From assembly GCA_024137785.1 (NCBI GenBank), contig JAHRHZ010000030.1, positions 5,372,220-5,436,219 on the forward strand: DNA of 64,000 nt, given 5' to 3'. The position numbers were made by a program, and so were the translations under genes. The first letter of the stretch is position 1. Every line of letters starts with the position of its first letter. This DNA is from Ginglymostoma cirratum. Lineage: Eukaryota. Under the pieces are notes generated by a model. The model saw nothing but the letters and a program-made list of their open reading frames with translations. It searched no databases and was not told the origin of the DNA. Below are positions 1 through 13,650 of the stretch, one piece after another.

Positions 1-88
1 CTATGATGCTGCTTGACCTGCTGTGCTCATCCAGCCCCATGCTTGTTACCTCGGATTCTCCAGCATCTGCAGTACCTTTTATCTCTGA
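1..88 (+). mobile_element. 3' end of a PLE terminal repeat (family 1), cut by the window edge
   Basis: Near-identical to the tails at 41171-41260 and 54024-54109 (gatgctgcttgacctgctgtg...cagcatctgcagtaccttttatctctg). Confidence 0.85.
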
Positions 89-989
89 CTCTGTAGACAT
101 ATCATTCTCGACAGCAGATCATCTACACAGCAATGGACATGATAGTTGTAAATTAAAATAAAATGATCACAGTGCAACAGAACTCTAATATCGTCAGATA
201 TGTTCTAAGAATCTTTTGAATCCAGGCAGGCAGTTTGGAAGCCTCTGCAGTATATAATTATTACACTGTTGATATATATCACTTTATGATATATATCCAA
301 ATCTTTAGGACGATCAAAATGTTTCACTAATCCAGGCTAAATCCCGTAGGAATTAGTTTGAGGGGAGGGAATGGGTTGGATTAATCAGTTCTGATCCTAA
401 TGGGAAAAACAAATAGATAAACATCTATTTGGATTCTGAACATACACCAGAATCATCGGTTATTATCCATTATGCACTATTTCACAATCTCGAGGCCATT
501 TTCAGCAATTCAGGCTCTATATTTTGCTGCTTTGCTTTCATAGCTCTTAATAAGCCTGAGTTTTATTTATATTTTATTGTCATTATTAAATGTTGTTTTC
601 TTATTTCTGATGTATTAAATCAAGCTTTGCTGCAGGATTTTTTTTGTTCTAATGTAAGTTTTGTGTGTGAAATTCTTTGCAATGTTCTGACAGATGCAGT
701 AACAGAATATATCAGTTCAAATCCTTCCTTTTGATTGCCCTTAATTTTATCACCAATATTCTTCCTTCCTTCAGTTTGTCTGTCTTTCTTCCTTTTTTTT
801 AGGTTTTTCACTTTGCTTCCCTTACTTCTTTATTTGTTTTGACCCTTCTTCCCTTTGGTCCTTTATATCATTTGTTCTCTTTTTCCTTTCCTTTATTTAT
901 TTATCCATTCATTTTCCTTCTAATCTTTCCTTATTTGAATTCAACAATGATACAATATAATAATACTTCTCCAATGCAATTTTAATTTT

Positions 990-1272
990 AGGGGAGGCAG
1001 TGGCATGTGGTAATGCCGCTGGACTATTAATCCAGAACTGCAAGACATGGGTCCCATAGTAAAATACTAGTCAGATGGTGACTAAATGACTGTTGTTGGT
1101 TGTTGTCAACATCCATTTGGTTCACTGATGTCCTTTAGGGAAGCAATCTGGTGTTTTTATCTAATGTAACCTACATATGGCTCCAGATTCACAGCAATGT
1201 CCCTGGACAATTAGGGATGGGAATCAAATGCAGGCCAATCCAGAGATTCCCATATTTGATGAATGAATAAAA
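990..1272 (+). mobile_element. tRNA-derived Deu-domain SINE (SacSINE1-like), degenerate
   Basis: tRNA-like head, Deu core ggttcactgatgtcctttagggaag...ctccagattcacagcaatgt, and a gaatgaataaaa tail. Confidence 0.65.
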
Positions 1273-1924
1273 GACTTGTATTAATTAACCCAACTAGTTC
1301 ATAAAAATGATAAATTTTTAAATTCCTGATTTTCACTTATTCAAGGCATTTATACCATTTTGATAACCAGTTGTTCTCTTCTTCTAGTTCCTATCAGCTT
1401 AAGTAAGGGGCTGCACACAGAAAGAACATATGGACATCACCTGTTTCCATGTCTGAACCACTATGTTGTAAGAGAACTAAGAAATTTAGATTACTGGACG
1501 CTAGACATGTTCAATCAACGCAGAGCCTATTGAACGTGAAATAACTGGATTGATCTTTGAAAGAGCCAGGACAGACTTTATAGGAAAAATAATGTCCTTC
1601 TAAACCACTTGGCTGGTAGAGTTAACATCAGTGCAAGTCATGATACAATTGTACTCTAATTGGCAAAATATGAATTGTGGTATACCACAAGAATGTGTGT
1701 TGGATCCCATCTCCGCTGTTTTCATTACCAATTTAGAAGATCTTAAACAGAATAAGAGAAAGACAGGAAGCATTGTAAACAGTGTAATTGGGGATATAAT
1801 TTTGTAAAGAGAGTTCTAAGCTGCATCATTCAAACCAGTGTGGAAGGCATAACTTAGCAGTGATGAATGATCTTACTTTTGATTTTTCCATGAATTGGGG
1901 GTCAACACTTTCTAAAAGATGACG

Positions 1925-2130
1925 TAGTGTGGAGCTGGAGGAACACAGCAGGCCAGGCAGCATCAGAGGAGTAGGAAAGTTGTCATTTTGGGTCGGGACC
2001 ATTTTCAGAATGGGGGAAGGGGAAGGGAGCTTGGAAATAAATAGAGAGAGGATGGGTGGGGCTGAGGCAGGTAGTAGGATGGTGATAGGTGAGTGCAGGT
2101 AGGCAGTGGTGGGGATTGGTCAGTGAGGTG
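1925..2130 (-). mobile_element. PLE terminal-repeat fragment with a degenerate hammerhead
   Basis: Reverse-complement match to 43730-43930. Core eroded to ctgaaaat...caaaatgac. Confidence 0.8.
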
Positions 2131-2380
2131 GAAGTTGTTGTCTTCAAAAGAAAAGATTGTTTAAAAGGCAAGATGTAACATCACATGATATGGTCACAAT
2201 GACACCATTAAAATGAAAGTATCAGAGGTCTCCTGACAGTATTCTAAACACTTCAATCATGAAAAGATACTTACTGAAATTCTGCGTGAACTACATTAAA
2301 AGATTTCCTATCAACGTTTTATCTTCTGCTGAAAGTTCACTGAGTGTCCACTGGATGGAGCCCAAGTCAAATAAGGAATA

Positions 2381-2510
2381 GAAATAAAAGGTACTGCAGA
2401 TGCTGGAGAATCTGAGATAACAAGGCATGGGGCTGGATGAACACAGCAGGCCAAGCAGCATCATAGGAGCAGGAAAACTTGACGTTTCGGGCCTAGACCC
2501 TTCATCAGAA
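2381..2510 (-). mobile_element. Solo PLE terminal repeat (family 1) with an intact hammerhead core
   Basis: Minus strand reads ttCTGATGAagggtctaggcccGAAACGTCaag followed by the family tail. Confidence 0.88.
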
Positions 2511-3484
2511 AAAAAAAAGAAGAAAACCTTGTTTACAGATTTGTTCACATAACTGCAAAAAAACTAATACAGTGTAACGTACCAGTGAAACACCGATGAG
2601 AATTCTTATTATACTTTTATTGTACCTTCTTCAGTACTGATGTCATTAGATATTACTGGAGGCAAAGATGAGAATCATTTTGCAATTGCTGATAGACGGC
2701 AACATGGGAAAAGTAACCTGGAGTAACAGTGCAAGACTAATAAACTTAAATGTGGTAAAATAAAGTCGTGTAACATTTAAGTGAGTTCAATGTTTGCAAA
2801 ATTAATAGCTCAACTAAAACTATGGGCTCAATTTTAGACCAGTTAAAAAAAACACTCCACTCACAGAACTAAACATCAATCCCGGGAAAATTACTTTTGG
2901 AGGTCTTGCAAGATGTGAGCCTAAGTTGGAAATTGGAAATTAATATAACAGTGCAAATCTTTAAGCTAGAGTCACCAGTAGCAAGGTTTCATACTGGTAA
3001 CAAAGGCTAGTGAAATTACCCTTATATTTTACCATAGAATATTTCACAGAGCTTTATTGAAAAGATCCAATAACTCATTGCTCCTTCCTTAGAATGAAAA
3101 GGAGAACATGTGGTCTCTGATTATTAAACACTATGTATATTATGGCAAGATATGGTATGTGGACTGTGGATTAGTTTGATTGACATTAATCCGATGGTAT
3201 AAGTACATAATCAACAACATCACTCAATATTACAATTAAGGACAGCACTGAGATAATCTTGAATCATGGCTTCATTGTGTGATGCTCATTTGAACTTCAG
3301 TCCAATTATGATGAAGAAAATGAACGTCTGTGAATTATTGGCATGAGATCATAAATTCTATAGGCCTGTATTTACAGTGTGAGCATAATTTTATATGGGA
3401 GAAAACAACTTGGTAGGTCTTACAGACCAAGCGAATCAATTAGCTCTTGATCTCCTTCTCACCAGCTGTATAACAACCACACGC

Positions 3485-4912
3485 ATTTATACATCGGCGC
3501 CGCCTCCGGGCTCGAACAGTTCATCCACTTTACTAACACCTTCCACTCCAACCTTAAGTTCACCTGGACCATCTCTGATACTTCTCTCTCCTTCCTAGAC
3601 CTTTCTGTCTCCATCTCTGGTAACCACCTGGAAATTGATATCTATTTCAAACCCATTGACTCCCACAGCTACCTGGAATACACCTCCTCTCATCCACCTT
3701 CCTGCAAGAATGCCATCCCCTATTCCCAATTCCTTCACCTCCGCCGCATCTGCTCCCAAGATGAGGCATTTCACTCCCGGACATCCCAGACGTCCTCGTT
3801 TTCAAGGACCGCAATTTCCCCTCCACAGTGGTTGAAAACGCACTCGACCGCATCTCTCGCATTTCCCGCACCTCCTTCCTCACACCCCCCTCCCCGCAAT
3901 AACAACAAAGACAGAATTCACCTCGTCCTCACGTATCACCCTATCCACTTCCAGATCCAACGCATCATCCTCTGCCACTTTCGCCATCTGCAATCTGACT
4001 CTACGACCAAGGACATTTTTCCCTCCCCACCCTTATCTGCCTTCCGGAGGGACTGTATTCTCCACAACTCCCTTGTCTGCTCCACACTTCCCACTAGCCC
4101 CACCACCCCTGGCACTTTTCCCTGCAAACACAGGAAGTGCTACACCTGCCCCTACACCTCCCCCCTCAACCCCATCCCAGGCCCCAAGAAAACCTTGCAC
4201 ATTAAACAGATGTTCACCTGCACATCTGCTAATGTGGTAGATTGTTTCCGCTGTGGCCTCCACTACATCGGGGAAACCAAGCGGTGGCTTGGAGACCGCT
4301 TTGTGGAGCACCTATGCTCCGTTTGTGACAAACGTCTACACCTTCCAGTCGCGAACCACTTCAACTCCCCCTCCAACTCCTTGGACGACATGTCCATCCT
4401 GGGCCTCCTCCAGTGCCACAATGATGCTACCCAAAGGCTGGAGGAACAGCATCCCATATTCTGCTTGGTAACCCTGCAGCCCAAAGGTGTCAATGTGCAC
4501 TTCACAAGCTTCAAAATCCCCCACCCCCCGACCTCATCCCAAGACCAGCCCATCTTGTCCCTGCCCCCTTGACCTGTCCGTCTTTTCTCTCACTTACCTG
4601 CCCCTCCCTCCCCACTGACCAACCCCCATCCCAACTCCCCACCTACACTCACCTTTACTGCCTCCATCTCCCACTCCTTGACCTGTCCGTCTTCTCTCCA
4701 CCTAGCTGCTCCTCTATCCACCTTCCATCTTTGCCTCCCTGTCTCTCTACTTATTTCAGAGTCCCCTTCCCCCCACCCCCATTTCTGAAAAGGGGTCCAG
4801 ACCCGAAATGTCAGCTTTCCTGCTCCTCTGATGCTGCCTGGCCTGCTGTGTTCATCCAGCTCTACACCTTGTTATCTCAGACTCCAGCATTGGCAGTTCC
4901 TACTATCTCTGA
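3485..4912 (+). mobile_element. 5'-truncated Penelope-like retroelement (Neptune type): RT thumb, Cys-rich linker, GIY-YIG endonuclease and 3' repeat
   Basis: ORF 3832..4572 has GTFPCKHRKCYTC, FTCTSANVV, CGLHYIGETKRWLGDRFVEH and PVANHFN. Frameshifted; hammerhead at 4785-4812 is degenerate. Confidence 0.9.
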
Positions 4913-5096
4913 CATGCATTTATGTAATGCCTTTATTGTAATCAAGTGGCCTAAAACTGTGGTTATTCAAAGATTGGCAGCAAGCCACATAAGGAGATAT
5001 TAGGACATGTGAAAAGTTTTAAGATGCATTAACAAGGAAGAGAGACAGGCAGTGAGGTCAATTAAGGGAGTTTAAGGTTGTTTTAAATCTAAAGAA

Positions 5097-5288
5097 ACAA
5101 AAACAGAAGTTGCTGGAAAATCACAGCAGGTCTGGCGGCGTCTGTGAAGAGAAATCAGTGTTAACATTTCAGGTCCGGACGCGAAACACTAAGTCCGATT
5201 TCTTTTCACAGATGTTGCCAGACCTGCTGTGCTTTTCCAGCAACTTCTGTTTTTGTTTCTGATTTACAGCATCCGCAGTTCTTTCCAT
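5097..5288. mobile_element. Fold-back (inverted) unit of PLE-type terminal repeat, family 2
   Basis: Arms ~5095-5170 and ~5183-5260 are reverse complements. Flanked by ttttaaatctaaagaa / ttttaaatgtaaagaa. Confidence 0.8.
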
Positions 5289-5359
5289 TTTTAAATGTAA
5301 AGAAGATTGTGAGAATTAGTGGTAGGTCTGAAAATTAGGAACATCTCAGGAACCAGTAA

Positions 5360-7760
5360 AGATGACTAAAAAAGGAGAAAACAGACAATTAGAATATGCA
5401 AGGAACAAATATAAAACAGATCATGAAAACTTCTACAACTGTATAAAATGTGAGTAGCAAAAATAGAGGATTAGACTAAGAAATTAATAAGAAAAACTAG
5501 GAAATGGCAGAGGTTTTGAATAAATATTTTGTATTTATTTTCACAGTAGACAACACTAAAGCATCTCAGTAATAATAAACCAGAAAGAAAAGGGCAGAAC
5601 TGAATTCAATCACTATGGCTAAAATGCAAATCAATGGGAATAAGGACTAATAAGTCACTGACCTAATGGTTTGCATCCTTTGATCATAAAAGGGGTGGCT
5701 GCAGGAATTGTAGATACCTTGGTCATAATCTTCCAAAATTCCTAGATTCTGGAAAGGTTCCAGCAGATTGGAAAACCACATATGCAACAAAACAAAGAAT
5801 TGTCGATGCTGGAGATCTGAATCAAAAACAGAAATTGCTGGTAAAACTCAGCAGGGCTGGCAGCGTTTGTGGGAAGAAAGCAGAATTAATGTTTCCAGTC
5901 CAGTGACTTTTCATCAGATTTGGGGAGGGTGGATTTCTTATCCTGGGGTCCTTGATCGCAAGGAATGCCCACCACATTTTCTGTTTTTGTCACATATATA
6001 ACATCCTTGTTATGATGAAGACAGAAAGTAAGAAACTTTAGGCTAGCTTGTCCAACATCTGTCATTGGGAAAATGTTGAAATCTATTATTAATGAAGATG
6101 CAGGAGGACATTTAGAAAATCTCATTAGAATCAAGAGGGCCTTGGGAAATGGTTACCTCCATTGATTAAATGGCTAGCATGTGATCAGATTAAGGGCAAA
6201 ATTTGGGATTGAGTCCCAATCCTGGATATGGTTGACTCAGGGTTTACCTCCAGACTCATTTGTAGTAAAAAATATACAGTACCTTGGTGTGATTCAGCAA
6301 ATAATGACCAAGGACCTGTCTTCAAGCAAAGAAATTAAGAAGAATACAATCAAGCAGAATTAACATGGTTTTATGTAAGTAAAGTTACATTCAACAAATC
6401 TATTGGCGCTCTTCGAACATGTTTTAGGCACGGTGGATAATGGGAAACCAGGAAATATAGTGTATTTTGATTTCCAAAAAGCATTTGATAGGGTAGCACA
6501 TAAAAGGTTAATGTACAAGAGCTCATGATGTTAGGGTCATGTGTTAGCATGGGTAAAATTTTGTCAAAGTAATAGGAAACAGAAGTGAAAGTTGGGCTTG
6601 CCAAGCTGTAAGTAATCAGGGCCTACAGGAATCAGTGCAAGGACCTTAACTATTTGCAATTATAAATGATTTAGCTGAAAGGACTAAGTACAATTAATGC
6701 TCAACTTGCTAATGACACAAAGATAGATAAGAAAACAAATTTTGAGGAGCACACAAAAGATGGAACTTAACGTAAATAATGGGAGTCTTGTTTGCCAGCT
6801 GAACGTCTGACAAGTGACCTACCGTTTACTTTCGGTAAGGTCCACCAAATGTAGCAGCAATAAGCAACTTAACTAAGTAGTGGGGCTTTCTTGGGATCAA
6901 AGACCCAAGGGGAAGAAATCCCATGCCCCTCCCCAAAACCTAAGGGCTGCTGATCATTAGAGGACTGCTATGCACAGCTAGGCAGCATCACTTCGATTGA
7001 GGTGGCTGCTGCTGGAATAGTGTTGGTCTTCCTATCTCAGGAAGGGTGCTCTTCGTGTTGAGGGAGTGCAGCAAAGGTTTACCAGACTGATTCCTGGAAT
7101 GGCAGGATTGATGAATGAGGAGAGGTTGAATCGGTTAAGATTATATTCGTTGAAGTTTGGAAGAATGAGGGGGGAATATCTCTTAGAAATCTATAAAAAT
7201 CTTTCAGGACTAGACAGGATAGGTGCAGAAATGATGTTCCTGATGATTGGTGAGTCCAGAACCAGAGGTCACAGTTTAAGGATATGGGGTAAACCATTCA
7301 GGACTGAGATGAGGAGGAAATTCTTCACCCAGAGAGTGGTGTGAGCCTTGGAATTTGCTATCTCAGATAGCAGTTGAAGCCATTACATTGTATGATTTCA
7401 ACAAGGAGTAGGATATATCACTTGGGGCTAAGGGGATCAAAGGATATCAGGGGAAAAACAGGAACAGGCTAATGAGTTGGAAGATCAACAACAATCATAA
7501 TGAAACATAGAAAATAGGTGCATGAGTAAGCCATTCAGCCCTTTGAACCTGCATCACCATTCAATACGATCATGACTGATCATGTAATCTCAGTACCCCA
7601 TTCTCACCCTCTATCCATTCCCCTTGATCTCTTTAGCTGCAAGGGCCACGTCCAGCTCCCTCTTGAATATATGTAATGAACTAACCCCAACAGCTTCCTG
7701 GATAGAACAGGCTCGAAGGACTGAATGGCCATCTGTTGGTCCTATTTTCTATTTTTCTAT
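5360..7760 (+). mobile_element. CR1 LINE fragments (ORF2 RT and 3' end), interrupted by a family-2 repeat at ~5788-5920
   Basis: ORF 7066..7344 QRFTRLIPGM...RTRGHSLRI...FFTQRVV is typical of the CR1 ORF2 C-terminus. DFQKAFD motif near 6467; gaatggcc...cctatttt 3' tail. Confidence 0.82.
5788..5920 (-). mobile_element. Solo family-2 terminal repeat with a hammerhead motif
   Basis: Minus strand reads tCTGATGAaaagtcactggactgGAAACATTa. Confidence 0.78.
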
Positions 7761-10442
7761 GAGCCAGACTTTTTTATTGACCACGAAAGAAGAGTACAGG
7801 TGACCAGAACTAGAAAATATCGCATGATTTGACAAAATTTCCAACATTCCTGGTTTGCTTTGGAATCCCCAAGAATTAAAATTAATCTGTTGCGCACTGC
7901 TGTGAATAAGCTACTAGGAGCGCATGAAAATAATGTTTCTTTTAAAATTTTCTTTATTCACTTTTGTTTACTAGTTTTAATAAATATTGGTGTTAAGGAG
8001 AAAAGTCCGCTTGATTAAGTGGGCCAGTTTGAGGCAAGAATGGTGAAACATCCAGTAATACATTTAACCACAATCGCAAGCCCTTGAACTAAGCAATTAA
8101 CATGTGGTATTTAATGCTAATTTGAAGTACATTAATAGTCATTCCTTTGTGGTGATTTGTGTAACTATGTCTAAACACAAAGTTGGAAAACATTCTTGAT
8201 CACTGGGCACTATAGAAGTTATAATTGCTCGTGAACTGCACGTTTGATATCAGGCATGTTTTTGTAGCAAGGTCATGAAAGTAGACCAAAAGGTTTCTTA
8301 AAAAGGGCTGGGGACGAAATTCCACAAAAAAGCCCAGAACCAATATTACATTTCTCTTGCATTCAGATAATCTACTGTTTTTCACTTGTCCTGTAAATTA
8401 GCAGGTCTAGTTTCAACAGCACCATCGGAAATTAAACGAGATGGGCCTGCCCCCATAGAAGATTACAACATGCCTTAAAAGATCACTTCATTATGATAGT
8501 GACAAGTCTGATAATGCAATAAGCATTATCAGTAGCTGAACAAAATCATCACGACAGTAGCTTAACGTAAATAATATGATAGAAATACAACATCTCTTAA
8601 AGTCTTAAAACAGGAGAAGCAATAATAATCTTAGCAGTGAAATGGCCTATGACCAATGACGCTCCCATTAGGTCAACGGCTGAATTTGTCAGGTCCTATT
8701 TCATCATTTTGGAATTCATCAATACTACTAAGAGCTTTTCAAGGCTGACAACAGCCTGATTAGGATTGCTTGAAGGAACTGCAGGAGGATATAGAAGGAG
8801 CCATGAGTAAAGTTTTTACACTTAACACAACGTAGAGCAGGGAAGAATAAGGCTGTTGCGTCTGCCTCCATGTTAATTCGGCCAGCTGCTGAAGGCCTGT
8901 GCTTGGTCCCCTGCAAATCACTTTTACCCCAATTCAACCGGTTAGTCCATAAGAAATAGAAACAGGAGTAGACCAAACAGCGCCTCAAACCTGCTCTGCC
9001 ATTCGATAGGCTGATGGCTGATCCAACAATCCTCAAAAATACTTTCCTGCTTTTTCCCTTTCCCCAGAACCCTAAATTCCTTTACTGGTTGGGCCCTGGC
9101 CAGCTGTGTCATGATCTGAAGCTCTCTGCAATAAGGCCAAGTTGGGGTGGTCCTCAGGCCTACCATTTCCAGGTTATGATTCCAGCAGGCAGCCTAGTTC
9201 ATACTGAGAAAGAATACACTAATGAAATGAGCCCCACTGGACTCTGCAAAACATAAACAGCAATTCAGCTACAACAAACATGCTCAATAGCAGTTCAACA
9301 ATATGAATAAACAAACAGCAGCAAAAATGAATAAGAGCAGTCAAAGGCTGCCTGTAGAGAACCAATTGCCTGCCTTCCTCCTCAAGCTGTAAATGGAAGG
9401 CTTCATTGTTAGTGTCTGGGAAGGCAGGTGGTGCAGCAGAAATATCCACCTGATTACACACTACCTTGACGTTATTTCATTGAAAGTCAAATAAGTGGAA
9501 AATTGACAAATTCTACAATGGGTGGCTGATCTGCTCTGCCAGATCACTGCTTGGGCACTGAAGATAGAAATTTAACAATGATGTATGGTACCAAATTTCT
9601 GCAAAGGAGAAGAAAATACTGAACATTAATTTTAAAATAAAGTATGTTCAATTTTGCATTGCTGGTTACTTCATGTGATTTGTCATTATCACCTTGAAAT
9701 TGCTGCTGTGATGAAACCTATTGGCATAGGTAAATATACTGAGATGTATAACTGCAAACTGCAGCAAAGTGTTACTTCAAGCAGCTGCTTCTGTGTCAGT
9801 GCAGGTCATTCCTTAAACATAAATAGCAATGATTTCATTCAGTAAAACAGTCCAGAAACTCTCACGGGTAGTAACAACACAGCTATGATGACAATGACCA
9901 TTGCCTTTCTGGCCCGCCCAAGGCAATTATGGAGTCTTCAACAAACTAGACTTGACAAGTGAAATGCGAATCTTCTAATATATGTGTATTTTTAGTGCTC
10001 AAATCATTATATCTGTTGATATTTTAAATGTCTATTTATTTAATCAGAAATATTCAGCTCTGAAAAGGAGTTTTATCTCTCACTAAACTCACATTGAGAA
10101 TTCTAAATAGTCATCTTACTTTCACATTGTGAAAATTAAGAATGAATTGATTGTGTTTTAGTCATTCTTGTTTTGCCTAAAATCTAGATCAGAAAGATGG
10201 AAGATATGAGAAAATTCCCTCATGGCTAAAACCTGAGAGATTCTTGATGCCTTTTATGTTACAATACTTATATTCACGTCATGTTAAGAATTAAACTCAT
10301 TTTTGCTTGTTGAAAATAAAACCAAGCATACACAAAATACAATGCACAATGATCTCCTTGCAATGAATGCGTGTCCCCTGCTCAGAATTATTGATATTTT
10401 TAACATCAGTTCAAATAAAGCAACTAATTTTTTTAAAAATCC

Positions 10443-10766
10443 AGTCATAGAATCCCTACAGTGTAGAAGCAGGCCATTCAGCCTAGAATCTACACTGACC
10501 CTCCAAAGAGCATCCCAACCAGACCCACCCTACTTTCTTGTCCCTGTAACCCTGCATTTCTCATGGCTAATCCAACTATCTTGCACCTCCCTAGATATGT
10601 TGGGCAATTTAGCATGGCCAAGTCACCTAACCTACACATCTTTGGACTGTGAGAGGAAACTCACACAAACACAGGGAGAATGTGCAAATTGCACAACAGA
10701 CAGTCACTCGAGGCTGGAATCAAACTGTGGTCCCTGGCAGTGTGACATTTCTCCACTATGCTGCCC
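10443..10766 (-). mobile_element. HE1-like tRNA-derived SINE
   Basis: Homologous to 23651-23970, with a CR1-like tail ...acactgtagggattcta. Confidence 0.82.
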
Positions 10767-11104
10767 CAAAATCAGGTATTTATTCAACTCTACATTAGAC
10801 AATCCCTATGCGTGGTTCTCAAAATCACATCCTGTAGTAACAACTGTAGTTTCTTTTATTGGAGGTGGGGGTTTTTATGGATGTGTACAGGTCTTGCTCC
10901 ACTGATAGTAATAGCTTTATAGAGAGACAGATTATGAAAACAGGGATCTTATTGTGAAACATCAAAATAATGATTTAGCCTCAACTCAACTAATTTTTAT
11001 CTGAGAGTCACTTTATAAAAAGGTGAGAAGGCATTTGAAATGATGCAGACAAGATTTATCACAACCATTCCAGGAATTTGTCATTTACAGAAGGCAAAAT
11101 AGGA

Positions 11105-11250
11105 AGGACCTGAAGAAAGGTCACCGGACTCAAAATGTTAACTGTTTTCTCTTTGCGGACACTGCCAGACCTGTTGAGTTCCTCCCAGCAATTTCTGTTT
11201 TTGTTTTTGTTTGTTTCAGATATAAGCATCTGCAGTTCAGTGTTTAATTT
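11105..11250 (+). mobile_element. Solo family-2 terminal repeat, degenerate hammerhead
   Basis: cCTGAAGAaaggtcaccggactcAAAATGTTa followed by the family-2 tail. Confidence 0.72.
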
Positions 11251-11329
11251 TGAGGTAAGGCGATTGGAAAGATGTGTTCAAAATCATAAGGAGTCTACAC
11301 AGTGTAGAGAAACACTTGACCATACAAAT

Positions 11330-13650
11330 CGGTAGCAGGAATAGGCTATTCCACCCCTTGAGTCTGCTCCTCTGTTTAATAAGATCATGGTTGATCTGAT
11401 TTATTTAGATTTTTAGATTTTATTGTCACAACTCAAGTACAGGAGTACAGTGAAAAGTATATAATGTCGCCACCATCTTAGGTACCAAGGTACCTAGGGT
11501 ACAAAAATGCTTAGGTACAAAGTAGTGAGAGAAATGAGAGTTTAAAAATTAAGCATTACTACATAGAATAGGAGGAAGATAAAGAAATAGGTAATTGTTC
11601 ACATTGAAGTGTGGACTTAAGATTACCATTCTCACCAACCTTGATAAACTTTCAACCGTTTGTTTAACGAAAAACTCTCTACTTGTGCTTTAAAACTATT
11701 AAAGGACTCTGCTTCCATCTTTTCAGGGAGAGTGTTTCAAAGAGTCACGACCATCTGGGAGTAAAAGGTTAGTCTAATGGGAAATCCCTGGTTTTTAAAT
11801 TATCACCTCAAGTTCTAGATTGTCCCATACAGAGAAACATCCTCTCCACATCTGCACTGTTAAGAGCCTTCATGATTTTGTCTGTTTCAGTTAAGTTGTT
11901 ACTTTTCTGAACTCTAGTGGACACAAGCCTAAGTAAAAAGCAAAAAGAAACAAAAACAGAAATTGCTCAAAAAAGATCTGGCAGCATCTGTGGGGAGAAA
12001 TCAGTTGATTTTTTGGGTCCAGTGATTCTTCTTCAGGAGTCTGTGTGCGCGCGCGCGTATGCATGCATGTGCCTAGCCTATCCAATCGTACCTCCTGAAG
12101 CATTAGTTCAGAAAACCTTCACTGAACAGCTTCCATTTCATTTACATTCTCCTTGCACAAGGTGAGCAATAATGTACACAGGACTCCAGAAGTGGTTTCA
12201 CCAGTGCCTTGTATAATAGCAGCATAGCCTTGCTACTTTTGTATTAAATTCCCCTTGTGATTAGCCATCATAATTACTTGCTGTACCTCATTATAACCTC
12301 TTGCGACTCATGTGCAAGGACACCCAGATCCTTCTGCATCTCAGATGTCTGCAATCTCTCACCACTTACATAATGCTTTTCTTTCTCTTCTCTTCTCTTC
12401 TCTTCCTGCAAAACGAACAACTTCCACATTTTCCTGTTTGTCACATTTCTCACCGAACCAATCAATATTTTTTGTCACGTCCTTGTATCCTCTTCACAAC
12501 TTATTTGCCTACCTCCATTTGTGTTGCCAGCAAATTTAGCAATCATACCTTCCACCCCTTTATCTAGGTCATTTAGATAATTTATAACAGTTGAGGTCTT
12601 AGCAACACTTGTGGCACAGCATTTTCGCTAATGTGTCAACTTCAAAAAGATCATTACAATTACTCTCTGCTTCCTATTAGCCCGTCAACCTTCCATTCAT
12701 GCCAATATGCTATCCAATACACAATGAGATATTATTTTCTGCAATCACTTTTGATGTGGCATTATATCAGATGCCTTCTGGGAATGCAAATTCAGTACAA
12801 CCATCAGTTTTCCCTATACCCATACATTGCGTGCTATCTCAAAAGAACTTCAATAGATTGATAAATCTTGATTTCACTTTCATGAAACCTTGTTGACTCT
12901 GCCAAGTTATAAGTGCTCTGCTATAACTTCATTAATAACAGCTAATATTTTCCTGTAATTAATGTTGACCTAACTGATCTTTAGTTTGTTTTCCATCTCC
13001 CTCCCTTTTTAAAAAAGGGGTTACATCCATTGTCTTCCAACGTAATAGAACCATACCCTAATCAACAGAATTTTGGAAAATTAAATTCAATACATTAACT
13101 ATCTCAGTAGCCCTTTCTTTCATGACCCTAGGATGAAATCCATCAGGACATGGGAACTTGTCAGACTGCAACTCCAACAATTTTCGCAGTACTATATTTC
13201 TGGTGATTGTGATTTTCCCCAAGGTCCTTTCTTTTTTCCTTCTCCCGACTTAGCAGTATTTCTGGGATATTGCTTATATCTTCCCTAGTGAAGACGTGTA
13301 GATGCCGGTGTTAGACTGGGATGGACAAGGTCAGAAGTCACCCGACACCAGGTTATAGTCCAAAAGTGACTTCACTTGACGAAGGAGCAGCGCTCTGAAA
13401 GCTTGTAATTTCAAATAGACCTTTTGGACTATAACTTGGTGTCGTGTGACTTCTGACCTCTAGAATGAAGACGAATGCAAAATACCTATTAATTCATCTG
13501 CAGTTTCTTCATTTTCCATTATTCCTCCTCCAGTCTCACTTCCTATTCTGTAATGTCTGCCACTGCATCTCTAGTGACAAATCCTTTGTCTTAAAACTTG
13601 CTGATTTCTTTTTAAGCCAACTGTTTTTAATGCCCTCGTTATTGCCCCTA
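11330..13650 (-). mobile_element. Decayed CR1 LINE with nested small insertions (family-2 repeat ~11940-12037; family-3 hairpin ~13297-13460)
   Basis: ORF 12274..12465 contains QKDLGVLAHESQ. CR1 3' tail near 11335-11400. Confidence 0.7.
13297..13460 (+). mobile_element. Family-3 hairpin element with a hammerhead-like motif in the loop
   Basis: Inverted arms 13328-13366 and 13421-13459. Loop contains TTGACGA-aggagc-agc-gctct-GAAAGCTT; tgaagacg is repeated on both flanks. Confidence 0.75.

Noticed and set aside
7900-9600. Possible promoter or first exon of a neighbouring gene (GMPR follows MYLIP in mammals); CCAAT-TGACG at ~8653
   Set aside because: No GMPR-like coding sequence or clear CpG island was recognised, and the motif alone is insufficient.
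10303-10905. 200-aa ORF
   Set aside because: It runs antisense through an HE1-like SINE and has no recognisable domain.
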